32,000 bases of DNA from Microcystis aeruginosa NIES-843. Lineage in GTDB: Bacteria > Cyanobacteriota > Cyanobacteriia > Cyanobacteriales > Microcystaceae. The position numbers and the translations under genes are program-made. Positions 26,335-32,000 of this stretch are shown in pieces. Position 1 is the stretch's first letter. Every line of letters begins with the position of its first letter. The notes under the pieces were generated by a model, which made no database searches, had not been told where the DNA came from, and was given only the letters and a program-made list of their open reading frames with translations. The stretch is from NCBI RefSeq assembly GCF_000010625.1, contig NC_010296.1, forward strand, positions 1,770,001-1,802,000, given 5' to 3'.

Positions 26335-27174
26335 ATGTACACTACCACCGACACAGTTAACCCGGCAACCCAGACCCCCAGTAAAGAAGCTTTTGTCACC
26401 ATTGAAGGAGTTTCTAAGGTTTATCCCACTGCTAGAGGCCCCTACACCGTCCTCAAGGACGTTAATCTCAACATCGATGAAGGTGAATTTATCTGTGTGA
26501 TCGGTCACTCCGGTTGCGGTAAATCGACCCTATTAAATATGGTGTCGGGTTTTTCTTCTCCCACCGATGGCATCGTTAAAGTTAACGGTAAGACAATTAC
26601 TAAACCCGGGCCCGATCGCATGGTAGTGTTTCAAAACTATGCTTTATTGCCTTGGTTAAGCGTTTTTGAAAATGTCTATCTCGCGGTAGATGCGGTGTCT
26701 CCCAATGCTCCGGAAGCGCAAAAACGCTCGATCGTGCGGGAACATTTAGCGATGGTGGGTTTAACCGAAGCTATGGACAAAACCCCTCCCCAAATCTCCG
26801 GGGGGATGAAACAACGGGTTTCGATCGCCCGGGCCCTTTCTATCCGTCCAGAAGTATTAATTCTCGATGAACCTTTCGGTGCGTTGGATGCGATTACCAA
26901 AGAGGAATTACAGGAAGAATTGCTGAAAATCTGGCAAGATAAACGCTGTACGGTGTTGATGATTACCCACGATATCGATGAGGCTCTTTTCCTCGCTGAT
27001 AAGCTGGTAATGATGACCAATGGACCAGAAGCAAAAATCGGCGAAGTGATGAATATTCATTTCCCCCGTCCCCGCGATCGGGAGAGAATTATGGAGGACC
27101 CTGAATATTATCGTCTGCGTAACTATGCCCTCGACTTCCTCTATAATCGTTTCGCTCACGATGATGTTAGCTAG
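26335..27174 (+). CDS. nrtD: Nitrate/nitrite ABC transporter ATPase NrtD
   Basis: Walker A GHSGCGKST, ISGGMKQR and ILDEPF. The ATG at 26335 gives 279 aa. Confidence 0.9.
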   Translation: MYTTTDTVNPATQTPSKEAFVTIEGVSKVYPTARGPYTVLKDVNLNIDEGEFICVIGHSGCGKSTLLNMVSGFSSPTDGIVKVNGKTITKPGPDRMVVFQNYALLPWLSVFENVYLAVDAVSPNAPEAQKRSIVREHLAMVGLTEAMDKTPPQISGGMKQRVSIARALSIRPEVLILDEPFGALDAITKEELQEELLKIWQDKRCTVLMITHDIDEALFLADKLVMMTNGPEAKIGEVMNIHFPRPRDRERIMEDPEYYRLRNYALDFLYNRFAHDDVS

Positions 27175-27198
27175 ATGTGAGCATTTGTATTAGTTTGG

Positions 27199-27239
27199 GG
27201 TGCGGTTGACTTAATAGCGATCGCACCTAGATTTTTTTT
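27199..27239 (+). terminator. Candidate intrinsic terminator after nrtD
   Basis: A GGTGCG ... CGCACC stem (with a HIP1 site in the loop region) is followed by tagaTTTTTTTT. The loop is long (17 nt), so support is weak. Confidence 0.35.
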
Positions 27240-27422
27240 CTAGGGAAGCCTTCTTCAAGTAAAATTATTTCTAAGTAAGTAAGTGGGTGGGTGGAATTAA
27301 ATATAAGATGAACGTAGGTTGGGTTGAAGCATGAAACCCAACGACCGCATAGTTTACGCTACCGCTAACCCATCCTACAAATAATTGTGCCTCCCTACTT
27401 AGATGTTAAAAATTGTCAGATA

Positions 27423-27637
27423 CCCCCCTTATCAAGGGGGGATCAAGGGGGGATCAGCACCCCTTATCAAGGGGGGATCAAGGGGGGATCAGCACCCCTT
27501 ATCAAGGGGGGATCAAGGGGGGATCAGCACCCCTTATCAAGGGGGGATTAAGGGGGGATCAGCACCCCCCTTATTAAGGGGGGATTAAGGGGGGATCAGC
27601 ACCCCCCTTATAAAGGGGGGATTAAGGGGGGATCAGC
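27423..27637. repeat. Six tandem 35-37-nt units (CCCCTTATCAAGGGGGGATCAAGGGGGGATCAGCA)
   Basis: Units were counted directly, with 3' units drifting (atc>att, caa>taa). Each unit has a CCCCTT-ATC-AAGGGG hairpin and two G6 runs. There are no unique spacers. Confidence 0.93.
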
Positions 27638-27708
27638 TTACTTGTTAGCTAAATAGAACAATTAGCAATAAAATACAATAATAATTTTTACTTTTTACTT
27701 AATCGATC

Positions 27709-28182
27709 ATGCTCAAACAGATACGGAAACTACTTATCAATTTCGGTCAACAATGGCGCGATGAAGATTTCATGAGGTCGATTCATCTCATCGAAAACAT
27801 AGTTTCTAAGGTTTTATCCGTAGCCTTAATTGTTGTTATTATTGTTTCTCTTTATGATTTAGTAGTTATCCTAATCAAAGATTTATTTACCACGGAACCC
27901 GTCGGTTTTTTTAGTAAAACTTTAATTGAAATCTTCGGATTATTTCTCAATATTTTGATCGCTTTAGAGTTATTAGAAAACGTCACTGCTTACTTAAGAA
28001 AACACATCGTACAGGTTGAATTAGTCGTAGTTACTGCCCTGATTGCCATCTCTCGAAAAATTATTATTTTTGATCCCAATAAATACAGTAAAGATGATTT
28101 AATTGCCCTCACCGTGGGAACCCTAGCTTTAGCGGCAAGTTATTGGTTAATCAGAAAAGTTAATCGCGATAATCGCTCTTGA
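27709..28182 (+). CDS. Small four-helix membrane protein, PsiE-like (phosphate-starvation-inducible family)
   Basis: 157 aa. The TM pattern and the segment FGLFLNILIALELLENVTAYL resemble the PsiE family. The assignment is from memory of the family pattern only. Confidence 0.5.
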   Translation: MLKQIRKLLINFGQQWRDEDFMRSIHLIENIVSKVLSVALIVVIIVSLYDLVVILIKDLFTTEPVGFFSKTLIEIFGLFLNILIALELLENVTAYLRKHIVQVELVVVTALIAISRKIIIFDPNKYSKDDLIALTVGTLALAASYWLIRKVNRDNRS

Positions 28183-28192
28183 ATTAAGGGAA

Positions 28193-28219
28193 AGGGATAG
28201 ATTTAGAAAATCTATCCCT
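28193..28219 (+). terminator. Perfect 10-bp stem hairpin after the PsiE-like gene
   Basis: AGGGATAGAT-ttagaaa-ATCTATCCCT lies 11 nt after the stop. Only a short T-containing tail follows. Confidence 0.4.
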
Positions 28220-28223
28220 TCTA

Positions 28224-28659
28224 AATAGGGTTTGCGGCAAAAAGTAGGGGCGAAGCATTCGGATAGGAAATCTAGGGTTTCAGCGATAGGTTATGCCCGA
28301 ATGCTTCGCCCCTACAGGACGCGGGCCGATGAAGATGTAAGGTTTTGAAACATGATTCTCTCAAAATCTTGCACCTGTTTCGCTCGTAAAGCCCCAAAAC
28401 CCTTACTTTGCCTACATTTCACATTTATTCAGCCAGCCCTAGGGCTTGCTGAATAAATCTAAAAACATTGTTCGATAATACTTTGAGACCTTTTTGAAAT
28501 CCAAAAGTACCAGCCATTGGAGTGAGCGGGGGGAAAATTCCTGGACTTTTTCCCTGAAAATTAGGTAATTGACCACCTGAAAATGGGTAAAACCCTACAC
28601 CCTACACCCCACACCCCACACCCTGCCCCCAGGAAAAACTTTTTGCCGCAAACCCTATT
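28224..28659. mobile_element. 436-bp MITE with 22-bp terminal inverted repeats and TA target duplication
   Basis: The ends aatagggtttgcggcaaaaagt (28224) and actttttgccgcaaaccctatt (28659) are perfect reverse complements. TA flanks both sides (28222-28223, 28660-28661). Internal features are the hairpin aggggcgaagcattcgg...ccgaatgcttcgcccct and an internal TIR-like tagggcttgctgaataaa at ~28440. Confidence 0.85.
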
Positions 28660-29180
28660 TACTGGACTCTGGAAATATTACCCGCTTTAATCCAACCTTC
28701 GCGACCATCGGACAGACGTATGCGCTGCCATTGGCCATCGCTGCTGGTTCCCACCACACTGACTTTAGTATTATAATCCAGACCGCCGAGACGAGTCGAT
28801 TCACTGGTAGGTTGAGAGCGCAGACTTAAACCGCTTTGCCATGTCACCCGCGCTTGATAACCCTCGGATGTGGCTTCTCTTTTTCTTGCTTCGGGACTGG
28901 GTTTCGGGGAAGCTTTTGGTGCTGGTGCAGCTGTGGGAGACTCTTTCACCTCAGCTTGGGGTTGTTCTTGGACGGGAGTAGTAGGGATGGGAGAAGGTTT
29001 GACGGCGGTTTTTTCCTCCTTAGTTTCCTCTTTTTTCTCCTCGGTAAAGACGGGTTTAGGAGGATTAGAATTCATACCGGAGAGAAGCATATAGGCGACA
29101 GCAGTAGCCCCACCGACCAAAATCGCCACTCCCATGACAAAACCGAGCATAAATTGCAATAAACCAGATAAACGCTTCAT
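28659..29180 (-). CDS. Membrane-anchored protein with Pro/Glu/Lys-rich linker and C-terminal bacterial SH3 domain
   Basis: N-terminal TM helix (LLQFMLGFVMGVAILVGGATAVAYMLL), a low-complexity linker, and an SH3_3-like C-terminus (YQARVTWQSGLSLRSQPT...GQWQRIRLSDGREGWIKAGNI). It starts 12 nt after the ycf46-like stop. Confidence 0.75.
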   Translation of the reverse strand: MKRLSGLLQFMLGFVMGVAILVGGATAVAYMLLSGMNSNPPKPVFTEEKKEETKEEKTAVKPSPIPTTPVQEQPQAEVKESPTAAPAPKASPKPSPEARKREATSEGYQARVTWQSGLSLRSQPTSESTRLGGLDYNTKVSVVGTSSDGQWQRIRLSDGREGWIKAGNISRVQ

Positions 29181-29192
29181 ATTGGTGCTAAA

Positions 29193-30698
29193 TTAACTGC
29201 TAGAATTGACATTAAAACGATCATCGCGAGAGGCTAAACGAGCTTTACCGGACTTTGCCCAATCCTGTAGAAATTGAATCTGTTCTTGGGCAGTCCGAGC
29301 TAGGGGGATAATCTGACTAGCGGCCTCAAGCACATCATCGGTGCTAAAGTCGCGATTTTGACTAAAACCGATGTGCATCGCTTCCACGATGGTTTGTTCG
29401 ATTTCTGCCCCCGAAAAATCGGGAGTTTCGTAGGCTAGTCGCTTTATATCATAACTTTTTAGATTATGGGGCCGAACTTTCCCTAAATGAACGCTAAAAA
29501 TCTCCTCGCGGGACTTTTGGCTAGGTAGTCCGACAAAAAATATCTCATCGAAGCGTCCTTTTCGCAACATTTCCGGGGGCAGAGATTGGATGTTATTAGC
29601 TGTAGCGACGACAAAAACCGGCGATTGTTTCTCGGCTAACCAAGTGATAAAAGTCCCGAAAACCCGCCCGGTGGTTCCCCCGTCACCTTTTCCCTCCGCT
29701 CCGGCGAAAGCTTTATCGATTTCGTCTATCCACAGCACACAGGGAGCTAAAGCTTCGGCGAGATTAATCATCTGACGGGTACGCGATTCCGATTCTCCCA
29801 CCAATCCGCCAAATAAACGCCCCACGTCTAGACGCAGTAGGGGTAAGTGCCAATGATGGGAAATAGCTTTCGCTGTCAGGGATTTACCCGTCCCTTGAAT
29901 TCCCACCAATAGTAAACCCCGGGGATTGGGTAAACCGTAGGCGCGGGCGCGTTCACTAAAAGCACCACCGCGACGAATCAGCCAATCTTTGAGATTATCT
30001 AGGCCGCCGATGTCAGAAATCTGCTCTGTGGCGGGATAAAAGTCCAATATCTGGGTTTGACGAATCGATTGGCGTTTTTCTGCCAAAATTAATTCCACGT
30101 CCTCTGGCTCAATTTTGCCGTGACTGGCTAAACATTTGGCTAAAACCCGACGAATTCTCTCTAGGGATAATCCTTGGGCAGAAAGCACTAATTCATCGAG
30201 GAGTGGTTCTTTGACGGGTTGTCCGGTGGCAGCGATTAATCGCTGGATTTCCTGTTTAATTTCTTCGCCACTGGGGAGGGGAAAATCGACGACGGTGATT
30301 ACTTCGGTTAGATCCGAGGGGATAGACAGTTCGGGAGCGACGATAATTAGGTTTTTAGGCTGAGATTTCAGAGAACGGGCCAGATTTCGCAATTTTCTGG
30401 CGATGGAAATATCTTCTAAAAAGCGCTGGAAATCGCGTAAAATTATGATGGCGGCGATGTTAGGCGGCAGCTTTTCGACGAATTCAAGAGCTTGGAGGGG
30501 ATTACGCCGAGCAAAGTTCTCATTATTGGGATTATCTTGATAACCATCCACGAAATCCCAGACATAGACAGCACGGTTATTGCTCTGTTTGGCAATATCG
30601 GCGATCGCTTTTTCGAGACGTTCCTCTTCTAGGGTGGTAATATAGATGAGAGGATAGCGCGCCCGCAGCAGTAATTCAAATTCTTCACCAAAGCTCAT
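29193..30698 (-). CDS. ycf46: AAA+ ATPase, Ycf46-like
   Basis: MSFGEEFELLLRARYPLIYITTLEEERLEK N-terminus. The C-terminal AAA module has Walker A GIQGTGKS and Walker B VLWIDEIDKA. The ~500-aa architecture is typical of cyanobacterial/plastid Ycf46. The track start 30785 lies inside a MITE, so the ATG at 30698 is preferred. Confidence 0.8.
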   Translation of the reverse strand: MSFGEEFELLLRARYPLIYITTLEEERLEKAIADIAKQSNNRAVYVWDFVDGYQDNPNNENFARRNPLQALEFVEKLPPNIAAIIILRDFQRFLEDISIARKLRNLARSLKSQPKNLIIVAPELSIPSDLTEVITVVDFPLPSGEEIKQEIQRLIAATGQPVKEPLLDELVLSAQGLSLERIRRVLAKCLASHGKIEPEDVELILAEKRQSIRQTQILDFYPATEQISDIGGLDNLKDWLIRRGGAFSERARAYGLPNPRGLLLVGIQGTGKSLTAKAISHHWHLPLLRLDVGRLFGGLVGESESRTRQMINLAEALAPCVLWIDEIDKAFAGAEGKGDGGTTGRVFGTFITWLAEKQSPVFVVATANNIQSLPPEMLRKGRFDEIFFVGLPSQKSREEIFSVHLGKVRPHNLKSYDIKRLAYETPDFSGAEIEQTIVEAMHIGFSQNRDFSTDDVLEAASQIIPLARTAQEQIQFLQDWAKSGKARLASRDDRFNVNSSS

Positions 30699-30721
30699 AG
30701 CTATTCGTCTATAGTTTTTGC

Positions 30722-30900
30722 TATTTAGGGCTTGCTGAATAAATCTAAAAACCTTGCTGGATAAGACTTTTAGACTTTTTGTCAATCCAAAAGTACCGGA
30801 CCTGGGAGTGAGCGGGGGGAAAATTCAGGTACTTTTTCCCTGAAAATGGGTAAAACCCCACACCCTGCCCCCACGAAAAACTTTTTCAGCAAACCCTATT
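30722..30900. mobile_element. ~180-bp MITE, short member of the 28224-28659 family
   Basis: Collinear with 28438-28659 (tagggcttgctgaataaatctaaaaac...gagcggggggaaaattc...ccctgaaaatgggtaaaacccc...actttttcagcaaaccctatt). Followed by TA (30901-30902). It ends 24 nt upstream of the ycf46-like ATG. Confidence 0.75.
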
Positions 30901-31126
30901 TATATCGTCATCAGAAAATATAGCAGTTAGCCGTCTATTAGATATTTTAGTACAAATGCTCGGACTTGTGTTCTAAATGTTCCACAAGTGCTTCGCCATC
31001 GTTCCGCTTATCTTCATGAGACCCCTGTTTAATTCTATTTTTTTACCCTTAAGTATTTCTACTTATTTCTAAAGTTAGATGCTCCCGTATTTTCTTAATG
31101 GTAGAAGCATCTTGCCTTAGTCGGGA

Positions 31127-31161
31127 TTAACCTTCTGTTAACTAAATTAACAGAAGGTTAA
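31127..31161. promoter_or_regulatory. Perfect 15-bp inverted repeat TTAACCTTCTGTTAA-ctaaa-TTAACAGAAGGTTAA (operator-like) upstream of the sugar-modification genes
   Basis: Read directly. It lies ~135 nt upstream of the 31295 ATG and is followed by a second A/T-rich palindrome, gctaat-taaattaa-attagc (~31176-31197). Its function is inferred only from symmetry and position. Confidence 0.4.
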
Positions 31162-31294
31162 TTAAATTAAGCTTTAGCTAATTAAATTAAATTAGCCTAC
31201 CAGGGGTGACAAAAGTTAGTCACTGGTTCGCCCCTTCTTTGCTGTCAATTAATTTCAGCCTTTCTCACAACCATTCCCTAGGGGGGTTAAATTC

Positions 31295-31828
31295 ATGTTT
31301 AAACTAGCTTCAGACTTTTTATCTTTAGATTTTCTCCGCCAACAAAATCAGAAAAATAAGCCAGAAAGTCAATTTAACTCTTTGCCAATTTCTCAAATCA
31401 CGAAAGAGGGTAAAGTTTTAGCGATAATTCTCCGACGAGAGTTTAACCAAGAGGGGATTCATTTCCTAACTCCCGATGATTTTTCCCAACAGTTGGCCTA
31501 TATGAGACACCCGACGGGAAAAAGTATTATGCCCCACGTTCATAACAAAGTACAACGGGAAGTATTTTTTACCCAGGAAGTCTTAATTATCAAAAGAGGA
31601 AAACTGCGGGTAGATTTCTATGATGACGACCAACAATATCTAGAAAGTCATATATTGAGAGATGGGGATGTGGTTTTGTTGATCCAAGGTGGTCATGGTT
31701 TCCAAGTCTTAGAAGAAGTAGAAATGATTGAAGTAAAACAAGGTCCCTACGTTGGTAATCAGGATAAAACTCGCTTTACAGGAATTGAGGAAACTGTGGT
31801 TAAAATGGCGGGAGCAGAGATAGCATGA
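31295..31828 (+). CDS. Cupin-fold sugar-nucleotide modifying protein (WxcM/FdtA-like or WbuC-like)
   Basis: The beta-rich C-terminal region with His residues (MPHVHNKVQREVFFTQEVLIIKRGKLRVDFYD...GGHGFQVLE) is typical of cupin ketoisomerase-like proteins. Its stop overlaps the ATG of a DegT-type aminotransferase (ATGA). Confidence 0.55.
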   Translation: MFKLASDFLSLDFLRQQNQKNKPESQFNSLPISQITKEGKVLAIILRREFNQEGIHFLTPDDFSQQLAYMRHPTGKSIMPHVHNKVQREVFFTQEVLIIKRGKLRVDFYDDDQQYLESHILRDGDVVLLIQGGHGFQVLEEVEMIEVKQGPYVGNQDKTRFTGIEETVVKMAGAEIA

Positions 31829-32000
31829 GTAGCTTTATTCCCGTCAATGAGCCACTACTTGCGGGCAAGGAAAAACAGTATCTTAACGAATGTATTGATA
31901 GCGGTTGGATTTCTTCGGAAGGTCCCTTCGTTCAGAAGTTTGAAGAAAATTTTGCCCTCGCTGTTGGGCGAAAGTATGCCGTTTCCGTGTGCAATGGTTC
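31825..32000 (+). CDS. Partial CDS (N-terminus): DegT/DnrJ/EryC1/StrS-family sugar aminotransferase
   Basis: Hand-translated MSSFIPVNEPLLAGKEKQYLNECIDSGWISSEGPFVQKFEENFALAVGRKYAVSVCNG, the characteristic N-terminus of this PLP-dependent family. It runs off the right edge. Confidence 0.8.
   Translation, partial: MSSFIPVNEPLLAGKEKQYLNECIDSGWISSEGPFVQKFEENFALAVGRKYAVSVCNG

Noticed and set aside
24623-27159. Antisense and alternate-frame ORFs inside nrtC/nrtD; similar ones occur inside argH, hsdS, the RT gene, the AAA gene and the ferritin-like gene
   Set aside because: They are fully nested in strongly supported genes on the other strand or frame, and are typical shadow ORFs.
27403-27637. Possible CRISPR array (regular ~35-nt repeats); the same question applies to 16507-16645
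   Set aside because: Units are directly contiguous with no unique spacers, there are no cas genes in the window, and the units are G/C hairpins typical of MITE-borne tandem repeats.
30699-30785. 29-codon N-terminal extension of the AAA ATPase ORF
   Set aside because: The extension is encoded by the left end of the MITE at 30722-30900. The conserved Ycf46-like N-terminus begins at the ATG at 30698.

Overview
The window is cyanobacterial chromosomal DNA. It has GCGATCGC (HIP1) palindromes (e.g. 4454-4461, 27217-27224), a ycf46-like gene and an nrtABCD cluster. Its very dense short tandem repeats and MITEs are most consistent with a Microcystis-like genome; that assignment is inference only. 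Conserved genes: a MASE1-like sensor (partial) divergent from a NarL-type response regulator, an alpha/beta hydrolase, a Uma2-family endonuclease, a pentapeptide-repeat protein, a ferritin-like di-iron protein, a class II aldolase, argH, a NUDIX hydrolase, nrtA-nrtB-nrtC-nrtD, a PsiE-like protein, a ycf46-like AAA ATPase with an SH3 membrane protein, and the start of a sugar-modification operon (cupin protein plus DegT-type aminotransferase). Mobile or accessory DNA is interleaved with these. It includes an intact TA-flanked IS630-family element and a 101-bp MITE derived from it. It also includes an A+T-rich GT39-like glycosyltransferase gene, three copies of a second TA-flanked MITE family, and several hairpin or tandem-repeat families. 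An ~8-kb junk/defence-like island lies at ~13.6-21.6 kb. In order, it contains an orphan two-TRD hsdS, a translationally coupled small-ORF + HNH pair flanked by a 66-nt direct repeat, a vapB-like gene with a truncated vapC, a J-domain gene, a complete group II intron with its RT/maturase/HNH protein, and a phased (C4N4)17 octamer array. The most unusual items are two ~360-nt tnpB-less IS200/IS605-type mini-elements at 12702-13061(+) and 17054-17418(-). Both appear to keep the left end, tnpB relics and the omega-RNA/right-end region. One is fused onto the argH 3' end and the other ends where vapC breaks. The hsdS-small ORF-HNH cassette, bracketed by inverted MITE copies, is the other main candidate. 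All calls rest on hand translation and motif recognition; no database search was possible.
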